From NCBI RefSeq assembly GCF_009914755.1, contig NC_060928.1: a stretch of 64,000 nt of DNA; one strand, 5' to 3'. Source of the DNA: the human T2T-CHM13v2.0 reference genome, Homo sapiens. The notes below the pieces were generated by a model that was given only the letters and a program-made list of their open reading frames with translations, was not told where the DNA came from and ran no database searches. This document shows positions 13,112-31,725 of the stretch, piece by piece. The number at the start of each line of letters is the position of its first letter. The first letter of the stretch is position 1. Position numbers and translations under genes: made by a program.

Positions 13112-13410
13112 ATTTATTTATTTATTTATTTAGAGGCAGAGTCTTGCTCTGTCACCCAAGCTGGAGTGCAGTGGTGCAATGAGCTCGCTGCACCCTCCAC
13201 CTCCAGGTTCAAGCAATTCTGCTCCTCAGCCTCCTGAGTAGCTGGGACTACAGGCATGTGCCACCACGCCTGGCTAATTTTTGTACTTTTAGTAGAGACA
13301 AGGTTTCACCATGTTGGTCAGGCTAGTCTCGAACTTCTGACCTCAGGTGATCCACCTGCCTCAGCCTCCCAAAGTGCTGGGATTACAGGTGTGAGCCACC
13401 ACACCCGGCC
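13112..13410 (-). mobile_element. Alu (AluSx-type)
   Basis: Reverse Alu; TSD TAGAAATATTT. Confidence 0.95.
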
Positions 13411-14989
13411 TAGAAATATTTTAAATAGAGTAATTACCTTTATTTTGGAATTTTTCAAAGTCTTCCTGGAGAAAGTGGTGTGTGAAATGAGTTTTGAAGG
13501 ATGAATAGAATTTTGCAAACTATTGATTGGTAAGGAGGTATGCCAATTGGGGAAAATAATATGTGCAAAGGTATAGAAGCATTGGCATTAAAGAATAATG
13601 AAAAGTCTAGTTTGGCTGGAAACAGAAAGTAGCTGGAGGAGTTCCCCAGATAAACTAGGAAGGCCATGGATGTCGTATTGTAGAAGGCCTTGAATGCATA
13701 GCTGAGGATATTTAAGATTTGGTAGGCAATACAGAACCACTTAAGGTCTTTTAACAGTGCAGTGGTTTAATGAGAGCTTTTCATTACATAGCTGGCTCCA
13801 TCTCATCTTTTAGATCCCAGTTTAAATGCTACCCTCTCAGAGGGTCCAACCCTCACTCTAAGTGAATTCTCACCTATAACTCCAAATTGCCACATCCAGT
13901 TGGTTTCCTAGGAAGCACTTACCACTGGTTTTGATCTGTCTACCAACCACCTGGTAAGTTGCATGGTAGGGCAAGTAGGGCGTTCTGTTCCCCTTTCATA
14001 CTCTCAGTGCTTAGCACTCTACATGGCACTTCTTAGGCACTCAGTAACAGCTTACTAAGTGTGCAGACATCTGAGAGTAGCTTCTAACAGACAGTTGGGT
14101 ACTTTGTTCAAAACAAAAACAAGAATTATGTGACGTTATCAATTCATAGAGGACACTCTGAGACAGGAGGCCAGGAAACAAGTCCTGGCTCCTCCCTACC
14201 GATTCCTTGCATGGCCCTGGATAAGTCACTAAGACTCATGCCCTCTGGTTTGTTTATCTTTCCGAAAATGGTTGTGGAGGAACTGACTGCTGAGGTCTTC
14301 TCTTCAGAAATGCTGCATCATCCACATGCAAAATATGGGTCTGGTGCTTAGGAGACAACGGGTGTGGCTCGAGAGGTGGATTTTGGATTTGTTCTACAGG
14401 GAATACAGTATAATCAAAGTCAAGATAAAGATCCAGTTTTTAAAATGGTCTCGATCCTCTGCACAGCATTTGATGCTGTTGGGCTGGTAGCTGTTCTCTT
14501 CATCTGAGGCACTGTAGAGCCCTGTACCTCAAACCTTTTCTACTGCTGCTTGTCTGTTTCTTTCACCCAGAACCCTTCACCCCACAGATGTAGATGTTCA
14601 AATCATATGGTTCTGCCTTCTTCCCTCTTCACATATCACTCCCTAGGGTGACTCTTAACACTCCATGGAAATCCTTGTTCCCCCTGAGTCTCCTCCTTAA
14701 ACATCAAGCAATCCAGAATATTTACTGCTCCCATCAGGCTGTTATTCTATAGGATGCACCACCTGGCATCCCACCCTATTCTTTCCACCTTTCATTAAAT
14801 TTTCTAACAGTCTTTCACTACGGTTTTTGTTACCTAAAATCTGCAGTTTCCTGTGCATAGCATAGGGCTTGTCACACAGTAGGAATTCAGAATTCTTTGT
14901 TGACTAAATAATACTCCATTCTTTCTGCCTCATCTCTGTCACATTCCCCTTGCCTAAAACGCCCTCCCGACACACCTGGTCACTATTAG

Positions 14990-15462
<473 letters not shown>

Positions 15463-16127
15463 TGATGGCATTGTTTGTACTCTGAATGATATTGTAGTTC
15501 ATTGTAAGCTCTTCTCACCTCTTTGCTTTTCCCTGCTAGAGGGTTATCTCCCTGCAGGCATGGACTTGTGTTTCTCATGGCTTCCTTATCAAGTAATATT
15601 TAAATGAATTGTGAATACTATGATAAAAAATAAGAATAATAGAATAATCATGGGACAATGTTTGAGCAATGTATCAGAGCTTAAGGAGTTACTGAACAAT
15701 TTAAAGAAATAACCAAGTGAGAAGATTTCGCTGACGAGAATATAAAATTAAATCACTGAAAGGGTGTAAAACCATTCCAATATCATAAGACAGAGCTCAT
15801 TATCTCGATATACAGTCTACTTGGGAGTGGAATAAGAGCCTTTCTTGAAAATGATGTGTCCATGTGTAGTAAATTATTCTAATAATCATGGAGAAGTGAA
15901 TACAAATCTGAACACTTGTTTTACTTTCTTAAGTTCTATACATCATAAACAAAGATATTTTCTAAATCATGTATTTTATTGAAATACCACACATTTATTC
16001 ATTCAATTTTGCTTGTTTTTGTTGTTGTTTTGTTTTTTTGTGGGATTTTTCGCTTAGTCAAAACTTTGTCCATCAGAGAAGAGGCACATTGTCATGTAAT
16101 GTTTATCAATAGTAATAACAACTAGAA

Positions 16128-16447
16128 TGTCTTAGTCCATTCAGACTGCTATAAGAAAATACCAGAAAGTGGGTGGTTTATAAACAACAGAAATTTCTCA
16201 GAGTTGTGGAGGCTGGAAAGTTCAAGATCAAGGTGCCAGCAGATTTGGCGTCTGGTGAGGACCTGCTTCATAGATAACCATCGTTCGCTATAACTTCATA
16301 AGGCAGATGGGGCAAGGCAGCTCTCTGGGATCTCTTTAATAATGGCACTGATTTTATCCCCAGAGGGCCCTGCCTCCTAATACCATCACACTGGGGATTG
16401 GTTTCAACTTATGAATTTGCAGGGGGCACAGACATTCAGTCCATAGT
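16128..16447 (-). mobile_element. MLT1A/MST-type MaLR LTR
   Basis: TGTCTTAGTCCATTCAG...CAAGATCAAGGTGCCAGCAGATTTGG...CATTCAGTCCATAG. Confidence 0.8.
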
Positions 16448-16790
16448 AGATGGCTTTTGGTTATTGGACAACTCCAACATTTCCAGTGTGTGATCAACAG
16501 TTTATATGATGTTCCATTTAAATCTCACTATAATATTATTTTACAGACTGAAATTGTGGTTAACTGTGAGTTGATTGCTGAGTGTCAGGAGCTGGGCTGC
16601 AAACCCCAGCCTGATAAATGTGAAACCCCTTGCCTTCCTGGGCAAACTGTTCCAAGCCAGGAACTCCTTCCCCACATTACTGCCCAGTGCCCCTTAGGAA
16701 ATGCTTCCTGCAGTCACACTCACGATAATACCTGACTGTGAAAAGAAGGCAACCCACAGATCTCAATGTTCAACTTTTTTGTTGTTGCAG

Positions 16791-16840
16791 GAAGAGAAGT
16801 TAAACTTCTAGAGAAACCTAACAGACAATATCCACAACAG
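16791..16840 (+). other. PGCKA1: Probable non-coding 5'UTR exon of C4orf19/PGCKA1
   Basis: Strong acceptor TTTTTTGTTGTTGCAG|G and strong donor CAG|GTAAGC bracket 50 nt of unique sequence with no ATG; same strand as the CDS. Confidence 0.6.
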
Positions 16841-17177
16841 GTAAGCTATTTTATCTTTCCATGCTTTGGTGAGAAAATCTATTCTCTTCACTTTCCGTTA
16901 AATTTTCTATCATTTGGTCTTCTGCTACAGTTTTTATTACCTAAAACCTTAAAGCCAGTAGACACAGAAGTCCCCAAAGTCTCCTTCTTTCTGACTCACT
17001 CACGTTTGAGTAGAATTGCTGTTTCCTTTTTACGTTTGTTTTTTGGACATACAATTCTAAAACGAGTGTGATAATGCATGGTTCAACCAAGTCTCCACAC
17101 TGAAAAGATTTCCAGTTAATCTATCCCCCCGTCCCCAGGCAATTTCAAGCTTCTCCCGTAATGTCCATGCCTCAGAA

Positions 17178-18480
<1,303 letters not shown>

Positions 18481-20415
18481 GTACTGTGAATACAGACCTT
18501 CCTTCTCTTTATTTCTCTCTGAGTCTCCTTCCCAAGCCCTTTACCATTTCCATCTTTGTCCGAACTTGCATTATAATCTTCTATATATTTTTACTCCAGT
18601 GGAACCAGCCTGGTCCCCTCACTCTGTGTCTCCTGAAAGTGGTGCATGCATTATTCTTGTTCCCCTTTGCAAATTCTAGATGGTCAAGCTGCCTCCTATC
18701 TGCAAACCTTATCTTCCTTTAAGGTTCATGCCATTGGCCTATTCTGTCCTTTTCCCTACTTGTTGCCTTTATCTGGGGACTTCCCAGTGGCTCTAGATCA
18801 TTCAATACCATAGGCCCAAAGCCTTTCTGACTTTCTGCACTCTAGTCATCCTCACTTCCACTACATTTCACTTTCCATGGCCACATCCTGGACCATGTCC
18901 TTCATTGTAGACACTAATATGCCAATGCCACCATCTCTTATGGCTCCAAATTCTCATGCTCAAGGATGCCAGGTCACTGGTCTTGCTTTTGTTCCCCCTA
19001 ACCTCATTAGGATCCTCACCCTGCAGGACTCTTTCTTCTTCCTTAGCCAACCTCTTGGCCACACAGCCCTAACCTTTTAGTGCAGGCTCCAGGTCCATTG
19101 CTTCAGCCATGCTTGCCAGCACTCTCAAGACCCAAGCCCTGTTGCCTTATACCTCAACCTGGGACCAGGGTAGTAACCCACATTCTATAGGCCTTTACCT
19201 GGATTGCCGGGCACTGCTGGGAGAGGGAAAGAATGCCAGAACTACATGCATTGGCATCACTCAGATTTTTGGTGGCCAGCTGAGGCCAACCCTCAGCACT
19301 GCTCAGCTGCCTTTCAGTCGTTGCTCTTCCCCTCCACCACACACCATTCCAAACCTTGTCACTTTGAGCTTTCACATCTAGCCCTTTCAGCAGACACCTT
19401 GCCCCTACATCAAGAAACTCACAGCTTACAGTCTTCCAGCTTCCCTCCCTGCATCTAGAACTGCCTCCACTTAAAATCACCCTTGCCTCTTTCCCTCTAG
19501 GCTCCAAAGGAAAAGTGTATATCTGTACATCTTTCTAAGGTGTATTTCTTCATTAGTGATCTTGACTTGATCCTAGATTTTCCCCCATTGTTTCTACTAT
19601 TCTCAGTTTCTTTCAACTATCTTTTTCCTCCTTGGCTTATAAAAGGTATTTATCTTTCACCTGCTACGAAACCATCCTATAATCCTATATCTTTGTTCAC
19701 TGTGACTGTTCCTTCATCTTTTCCATCTCAGCCAAGCTCCTTAAGAGTTCTCTCTCCTCCTTTTCATATGCCCCATGCATTCCTTAACCTGCTGCAGCCC
19801 AGCATGCACCTCCACTGCTCTACAACCTTCCTGCATTTCCCACCAACAACCTCCTTGATATGAAATTCAGGTGCACTGTTCCATCCTTTCCTTATCTCTG
19901 AGGCACCTGACACTCTTTGATGGAAGACTGTCTCCTCTCCTGCTTCTTGATAATAAAGCCCAATTCCCTCCTTCCTCTCTGAGCATTCTTCCCAATCCTC
20001 CTTATATGCTCATCCTCCTCTGCCTAAGAGCAAACAAGCAGAGTTAAGACTTGCAGGCAACTCGCAAGCCCCACCCTCATGAGTTGAATAGTTGAGAAGG
20101 CAGGAAAGACGTCAAAAAATGAATTAAATAAAACTGTAAGTTGTGCTAAGAATGTAAAGTGAAAGGTGATATGAGGTGGAATAACAGGGTTTAAAACTGG
20201 CTGGTTTAGATTGGGTGGGGTGAGAAGGCAAAGGAAATAGTCTATGACAAGGTCCTTGAGATCAGGAGCAAAACATAAATTTTAAAGACTTGAAAGAAGG
20301 CCAATGTGGCCAGGGAAAGAAAGGGGGGACAATACACCAGAAAGCTGTGTATGAGATAGAAAAGACTTCATCTATTATTGTATAAGTTTCTTATTAATTT
20401 TAAGTGAGTTACTGC

Positions 20416-21042
20416 AGTCGACAATCATAATTCACTGTAGTTATGTTCTATAAAGTCACTTCAAACAAGGAGTTAGTGAATACTGCACAATTGCTCTCAG
20501 GGGAAATATGGGGTTAGGTTCCTAGAAGCCTCTGGTCACAATATTTTCATCAACTGATCAATATATAACTTGTTTTATGTGTGTTTCAGTTGTTAAAGCA
20601 CTTTATTTGCATATGTATTGTTAATTCATTAACATTGAGCTCAGGGCTAACAGCACTATGACTCATTTCTGAACAAAGCTTATCTAACACACACATTTTC
20701 TCTGTAAGGCACATCACAGCATTCTTGCACCTAGGACCACTAGACAACACGTCAGCACTATGCCTGGGGCTATTTTTAACAGTGACATCACCAACAAAAA
20801 GCACAAAATGCAAACAATGGGTCCATGAGAAGAAACCCATTTACAGTATGGCACAGTGCCATCTTGTTTGAGCTCAGCTAGAAACATAAGCATCTAATGA
20901 CTCAAAATATTTTGCCCACTCTGCACATGTCCAGGAATGGCCACACAAGCACCATGAGTATTGATTTGGGGGTTACAAATTAACGTTAGTAAGTCAGTGA
21001 ATTCACAAATACAGAATCCACAAATAATGAGAACCAAGTGTA
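20416..21042. mobile_element. MER82 (Tigger family) DNA transposon
   Basis: CAGTCGAC...GTAGTTATGTTCTATAAAGTC...AATACAGAATCCACAAATAATGAG termini; ~630 bp. Confidence 0.7.
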
Positions 21043-21949
21043 TATGTAAAGCATATCGATGAACACCAGGTACATAAGAAGGAATATGTACATTTGATAT
21101 TTTAATCATCTTCATTATTGCATGCTACTAAATATCCTGACAGCATGAGATACCTCTGAAAAGTTTTAGGCAGGGGAAGTGATAATGATCCAGATTCATG
21201 GCCTAAAAAGATCGTGACTCCTTTGTGGCAAATATGTTAGCCAGAGACACTAGCAGGTATAGGTGATAGTAAGGCGATGTTGCAGTCAGTAATCCAGGTA
21301 CAAAAGAGATGATGCTGTTTGAGGACAGGGCAGTGGGAGTGCACATAGTTCTCCTGGAATGTGCTCTGGAAATCTACCAGAACCACTGTCTGCCCACCTT
21401 TGCCCACAAGCCTTTTCTAATCTTCCTACGGTTACTCCGGAGCTCCTTGTCCTATATAGCATATTATATGACATATTTGAATCTAGTACTTATGACACTA
21501 TATTAGTCATGTATCTATATACTTGTCTCCTTTCCTGGACAGTAAACTCTTTCTACATCCCTGGAATCAAGTTCGGTACTTGGCACATAATAGGTGCTCA
21601 GGAAATATCTGTTGCCTGAATGGTTGGTGAGTCATTTAACAAACAGCAGAGATCTTCTACCTCTTAGTGTCTTAGCAATTAGCAGAGTGTCTTACCCCTA
21701 GTAGGGGGGTGTTTAAGGCCTCTAAACCGTGCTCAGTCTTTCCAAGTGCAAAACCTATTTTTACTGTACTTTAAAGGAATATTGGGTTCCAACTCTGCAC
21801 ACGTAGGTTCATCTACAATTAGGGGACAAATTGTAGGTTTTTTCTTGTCTTCCGACCAGTTCTTGCTTCCAGTCTTGAGTCCGGAAGCACATTTATAAAA
21901 TAAAATAGTTGGGTGGGATAACTTCTAAGATTCTTTCAAATCAGAGCCC

Positions 21950-22386
21950 TATATCACTCTGCTAAGGCTACCATAACAAAATACTCTAGACTGGGTGGCT
22001 TAAACAAAAGAAATTTATTTTCTCAGAGTCCTGGAGGCCGGGAGGTCCAAGATCAAGAAGTCGGCAAATTCGATTCCTGGGAGAGCTCTTTCCAGCTTGC
22101 AGATGCCGCCTTCTCACTGTGTCCTCACGTGCCCTCTCCTCAGTGTGCTCTGGACCCACCAGCACCATTCGCTTTCGCTCACAAGCCTTTTCTAATCTTC
22201 CCGAGGTTGCTCAGGAGGGAGTGCTCTCTCTCCTCTTAAGGCCACCAATCCTCTTATGTTAGGACCCCACCCTGATGACCTCATTTAACCTTAATTACCT
22301 CCAGAAAGCCCTATCTCTAATTACACTCACAATGAGTTAGGGTTTCAACATGTGAATTTGGGGGAAGACACAATTCAGTCCACAGC
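21950..22386 (-). mobile_element. MLT1A/B MaLR LTR
   Basis: GCTAAGGCTACCATAACAAAATAC...ATGACCTCATTTAACCTTAATTACCTC...CACAATTCAGTCCACAGC. Confidence 0.8.
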
Positions 22387-22637
22387 GGGTACTGTAAGAC
22401 TCTGGGAATTACCCTGAACTAGTTTATTCCAAGCAGGTGGCCCTGAGCTGTGCTTCCTTTAAAATCTATTTGTAGCCTTACCAGACTATATTATATAAAC
22501 TCCTCTCCACATGGCCACCTCTAAAACTTCCTCAGCATTTTTAGAACTTAATTTTGTCCAAATGCTTCAAGTTTCTTCCAGATGTCTGCCATCTCCCAGA
22601 TACAGCTACTTAGCAAAATCAGAGACATTCCCTGTCA

Positions 22638-23062
<425 letters not shown>

Positions 23063-23260
23063 CCGAATATTCTCGCAGACAATTGCCATGAACATGCAAA
23101 CGGCCAACATTTCCTAAGCACCTACTATTTGCAAGACACATATTGCCAGCCCTGTCACATGCTTAAGTCATGTGATCCTCATAGGACCCTGACCAGTACT
23201 TCTGGTAATGCAGCCATAAAAATGAAAGTTACCATGCACTGATGCCAGGGGTGTCTGACT

Positions 23261-23572
<312 letters not shown>

Positions 23573-24487
23573 TGACATTTTTCAGCAGATCCTTTAGTAA
23601 TGATTGATGCTGAGCTTGTTAGAAACACAGGCTGTCAGGCCCCACTCAGAGCCAGGTGGATTCCTCATGACCCAGTGCCCTGTGCTCCTATCTGTCTACA
23701 AGATTCCACCCCGTACACACACACACGTACACACACACACACAGACACACACACTAGTCTTTATTCATTAACAAACTACATCTTGTCTGCTCCAAACAGG
23801 AGCCTACTTCCAGGAATTTACAGTCCAGAGAATAGGGACATAGCTTCTCAAACTTTTCCCTTAAACTGTCCCCACGAGGGTACAGGAGGATCTGGGAGGC
23901 TGGGGAGTGTGGAGAGGATGACCACAAGCTACTGGCAGAACTTGACATCTCTGTGTGCCTTCCGTTTCATTCTAGTCATTCACACAAATGTTGCCTTTTC
24001 ACCCATGATATTCTGAGTTAATTTTATATAACAAATAATGGGCTTCTCCCCCCAAAACCTTCGCATGGGGCCATATTTATTTTGTGGCTTACCTTTCCCT
24101 CCCAGCTCATGGCCATGTATCCTCATGTAGAAGGGGGGGCTCTGAGATTGGCTCACAACACGGGCAGCCTCTGGATCTGGGAGAAGTGCAAGGTCAGCCA
24201 TGGAGGAGGAGCAGCACCGGGTCTAATCTGGGGGAAGGAACAGGACCCCCTTGACTCCACAGACACCTTCCTCCCCCAGGCTCTTCCACAGAGTTATTGT
24301 CCAAATGTACAGTGGGCAGAGACCAACCCAGATGGAGTTCTGATGTGCAGTGATTGTGTGAAGAGGCCTCTGTAGAATTTCAGGAGCCTTTTGACCCCAC
24401 CATTGCTTGGCCAGACCAGAATAAACCCAATGTCTAGCCAGTGCTAGAGGAAGCCCTGGTCTCATCAGGCTTAAAGGTGACAGTAAC

Positions 24488-24927
24488 TGTGATGGTTAAT
24501 ATTGAGTGTCAACTTGATGGGATTGAAGGATGCAAAGTGTTGGTCCTGGGTGTGTCTGTGAGGGTGCTGCCAAAGGAGATTAACATTTGAGTCAGTGGGC
24601 TGGGGAAGGCAGACCCACCCTTAATCTGGGTAGGCACCATTTAATCAGCTCCCAGCGAATATAAAGCAGGCAGAAAAACGTCAAAAGGTGAGACTAGCCT
24701 AGCCTCCCAGCCTACATCCTTCTCCCGTGCTGGACACTTCCTGCCTCAAACATCGGACTCCACGTTCTTCAGTTTTGGGACTCGGACTGGCTCTCCTTGC
24801 TCCTCAGCTTGCAGATGAGCTATTGTGGGACCTTGTGATTGTGTGAGTTAACACTTAATATTACCTCCCCTTTACATATATGTCTATCCTGTTAGTTCTG
24901 TCCCTCTGGAGAACCCTGACTAATACA
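24488..24927 (+). mobile_element. MLT2A (HERV-L) solo LTR
   Basis: TGTGATGGTTAATATTGAGTGTCAACTTGAT...GAGAACCCTGACTAATACA; 5-bp TSD GTAAC. Confidence 0.9.
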
Positions 24928-25004
24928 GTAACCATCTAAAATACCACATCACCTACTTCATAACCTTGCCGCATAGCACAACACCTACACTACTTGGGCC
25001 ATAA

Positions 25005-25731
<727 letters not shown>

Positions 25732-27651
25732 CTATAAAATTCAGCCCAAATCTAGAGAATCCAGTTCTCTCTTGCAAAAGCTATTGGAGCACAAACTGCT
25801 TCTTGCATAATCCAGCGGACTCAAAAAAAATAAAATAAAATAAAATAAAATAAACTTACTAGGATGGATGCCAGAAATATTATAGTAATAAAAACAATAA
25901 CAACATTAATAATACCTTCACTATCCTACTTTCAACTTTTACAACCTTGGGCAAGCAAGTTATATAACCTCCCATTTAGTTATCTATAAAATACTGGTTC
26001 CCACCTTAAAGGGTTGTTTTAGAGTTGAAATGAGTTAATACATGAAAGATGAAAGTCCCCAAAACAGTCCTTGGCACATAGAAAACACTCAGTGGCTAAC
26101 TGCTTATTGTGATTAAGTACTGGCTGTATGCCAGACATTATAGCAAGCGCTATGCATACTTATCTTAGTGTTCAAAACAATCCTCATAAACTGTAACTAT
26201 CATCATTCGCGTGTTGCAGATTAGGCCACTGAAACTCACGGAGGGGAAGAAACTTGGCTAGAAGTCACAAAGCTAGTAAGCAGTGGAGGTGGAATTGCTG
26301 ACTACTCTGATCCTAAGTCACTCGCTTAACCACTCTGCTGAACTGCTGGTGTGGTGCGATCAATCTTCCTGAATGTTCGTCTAAATGCCATCCGGCTTCA
26401 CCAGAATCAATCTCTCTCTCTCTCTTTCTCTCTCACACACACACACACGACTATACGCTCTCCCAGGGAGCACCCGGGTGCCATCATATCCCCAGAACCT
26501 AGCACAGTGCCTGGTGCATACCAAGACCCAGTGGAGCCATCGTGAAGTCAGCGATGTTGCACACAGCTGTGAGCATTCGTCACACACCTGTCTTAAGGAT
26601 AGCAGGCTAATTACTAGATGGGGGGAAAAAATAGTATCAGATCTTGAATAAAGGGCCACATGAAATGTTTTTCAATCTATGAAAATGTCTGTGATATGCT
26701 ATCGTAAAGACTACAGGAGGGACAAAAGGAATGACATCATCACTATGTTGTAATAACAACAAAAAAACCACATTGAATGTGTTTCCACATTCAACATGGA
26801 TATCAAAGATCCTGTGAACCCAGCAGCAAGAAAGTCCTAGGACCAGGCCCTGGCCTGTTCCTCAGCATTCCTACAGTGGAAGCACCTCTCAGGTGCACAG
26901 GGCCGGCAAGGCCAGCCTTGGTAAAGGCTAGAGAGGCAGCCCTTCTAGTGGTATGATTCCAGAGGGTTCAGGGCCACCTGTCACTGAGAAACACCAATTT
27001 CAACCCAGACATTCTACCCTCAGAGGCTGATTTCTTTGGCTCCTGGGAACTTATTTTTTTACATAGTTTTCTTTAAAATGCAGGAACACCAGGAGGCCCA
27101 GGGTTGCCACCAGTGCTCTGAAAACCACTGTGCCCTCCTGCCTGGCAGCACGCACCTCTCAGCCCATTCCCAGTGGAGAAGGGGGGTCACTTTCTCCATC
27201 AGGAGTCTCCCTGGTCTGAGAGCCTCGTCCCTCTCAGGGACTTTGCTGTTACACACATTCTGTCCCAATCTCACAGTTCCTCCTGGCAGAGGCTGAAGAG
27301 GCATTTCCAAAAGAGCTGCAGAGTTCAGGGAATAAGACAGAGAACTTGGCCTTTTATCATTCAGTCAAGATCATGGCCTGGGGTGAGTGTGGACGTAGGA
27401 CCCAGAGGGCGGTATTGCGAAGAGCTAGTTCACAAACCACTGGGCGTGGTGCCCCACGTGCAGCACGGAAGTAGTGAAGCATGCCTTCAGCATAATTCTC
27501 AGGATTTGATGTGATAACAACAAGGAAATCAAGTCAATGAGTTGAAGTTCCCCTTTTTTCCCACTTTATCGTTTAGGTTGTTAAATTTCAAAGAGAGCTT
27601 TGATTCACAAACTCGTTTTGCAGATAAAGAAACTGAGGACTCAAGAGATTA

Positions 27652-27864
27652 CAGCCTGGGCAACAAGACAAAATCCCATCTCTACCAAAAAAATTAATAA
27701 ATAAAAATAGCTGGACACGGTGGCGTGTGCATGTAGTTGCAGCTACTCAGGAGGCTGAGGTGGGAGGATTGCTTGAGCCTGGGAGGCAGAGGTTGCAGTG
27801 AGCCGAGATGATGCCACTGTGCTCCAGCCTGGGTGACAGAGTGAGACCCTGTCTCAAAAAAAAA
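27652..27864 (+). mobile_element. 5'-truncated AluJ
   Basis: GGAGGATTGCTTGAGCC AluJ diagnostic; TSD AGAGATTA. Confidence 0.85.
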
Positions 27865-27925
27865 GGGGGGGAGAGATTAAGCAACTTCACCATGTCCATG
27901 CCATTGGTGATGGCGTTATGGCTAG

Positions 27926-28411
<486 letters not shown>

Positions 28412-28718
28412 TGAGATCTGTTGGTTGTTAATAAGTTTGTTATGAGAAAAAAAGTTCTGTAGCCCAATAATGTAGGGAAATAATCGGGTTAAACAGAGTG
28501 AAACAGTTCCTTCTCATAACCATGAATTTCTTCATCTTTAATTTCTGTTGTTCCCAAACCTGTTTTGACCAGGGAGCCTTTTCCAGGGAGAAAACCCATG
28601 AGCACTTCCCTGCACACAAATATCCCGTCAAAGCCAGCGCTAGACCATGCTAACACTTCTATCCCAGCACACTGGCTATTGAGAATGCATGAAATGGACT
28701 ATTTGATGGTGCTGATAA

Positions 28719-29054
<336 letters not shown>

Positions 29055-30050
29055 TGTCTGCATATAATCTTTCAAGTTCTCTAAAATAACAGAAGCTTAG
29101 CCTCTGTAGGAGAAAAGTAAACACATCAGAAAAATTTGTCCCGTGAGTTTTCAAAGACTGCCCAAAAGAGTAGGAAATGTTTCTGCCAAAAAAAAAAAAA
29201 AAAAAGATTGAGCTGTCAAAGAGTTTATCTTCTAGTCCTTTTTCAACTATAGATTCAGTACTGTCTATAATGTTGGGCAAGCAGTCTCTAGTTTCTTCTA
29301 TAAAGGCAGCACAGCTCCTGGTAGTTATTTTTATTCATTCCTCTTGGGTCAGGACCTCAGTCCCTAGTAGCGGCTCACTAAATATTTGTCTGCTTCGCCT
29401 TCTGGCCAGGTTATGTGAAATCTCAAGCTGTGTTTTCTAAACATTAGCAAATTGTTGGAAATTTACATGTTCCATTCTATTGTATCTCCTCCCTTCCAAA
29501 TACTCCAACTTCTATAAACGCAAACCACCTCCCAGCAGCCACTTTAAAAGTTTGTTGAATAGAACCCTTGGAGCCGGACGTCCTTGACCCTTGGAATTGC
29601 ATAATAGAGGTTTTGCTGTCTCCCAAGATGGGAAGGGGGAACAACAGTCTCTCCCATTTCTCCGAGCTCCTGCCTCCGGCTTGTAGTTTGGACCACTGGG
29701 TAGTATGAGATTTGATTGTGGAAAAGGGTATAGACCCTCTGTTAGAATAGTTTATCATATCTCATACCCATCATGCCTTCATTCCCACGTGTCATTCAGC
29801 GCCATTCCTTCATTTAAATAGTAAGAATGAAGTGCCCCATACAAGCTAGATGCTGGTTGGATTAGGCATTGCCTGTGGGGAGCTCATGTGTAGTAGGGAA
29901 GGCAGACAGCCAACAAGCACCAAAGTCCCCCTCTAAGATGCAACAACAGCCTGAAGACAGGAACCATACCCTTTATTTGCCTCTAGAGTTCTCATCCTGG
30001 GACTATATATGGTCTTCAGTATATACACAGGATGATGTGTAGGTTGGTAG

Positions 30051-30769
<719 letters not shown>

Positions 30770-30778
30770 TGACCTTAG

Positions 30779-31131
<353 letters not shown>

Positions 31132-31140
31132 ACACCTTTT

Positions 31141-31725
31141 TAGAACATTTTATTTTGACATTATTTCAGACTAACAGAAAAGTTGCAAGAAAAATGCAAA
31201 GAATCCCCATAAATCCTCTAGCCAGAGTCCCTAAACATGAACATCTACCACATTTGCTTTGTTGTTCTCTCTGTCTTTATATACACACAATTTTTTTTCT
31301 GAATCATTTTAAGCAGTTATATAAACCATGGTCCTTTAGCTCTCAAATCAGTTTGATTATCCTCTATCCAAAATGCTTGAGAACAGAAATGTTTTAGAGT
31401 TTGGATTTTTTTAAAATTTTGGAATATTTGCATGTATATCATGAAATATCTTAGGAATGGGAACTGAGTCTAAATATGACATTCAAATGTTTCATATATA
31501 CCTTTTACACATACCTGAAGATAATTTTATATTTTTAATAATTTGTGCATGAAACAAAATTTTTACTTCGTTTTCACTGTGGCCTGTCACATGAAGTCAA
31601 GTGTGGTATCATGTAGGTGCTCCAAAAGTTTCAGAAATGGGAGCATTTTGGATTTTGGATTTTTGGATTTCAGATGCTCAACTTTTACTTTACTGTGTAT
31701 TTCCTAAAAACAAGGGCATTCTCTT
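31141..31725 (-). mobile_element. Old L1MC4/5-like 3' end, left part, interrupted by Tigger4a at ~31349-31685
   Basis: TTTTATTTTGACATTATTTCAGACTAACAGAAAAGTTGC...TATTTCCTAAAAACAAGGGCATTCTCTT; continues at 41126; Tigger4/MER46 start CAGTTTGATTATCCTCTATCCAAAATGCTTG. Confidence 0.7.
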
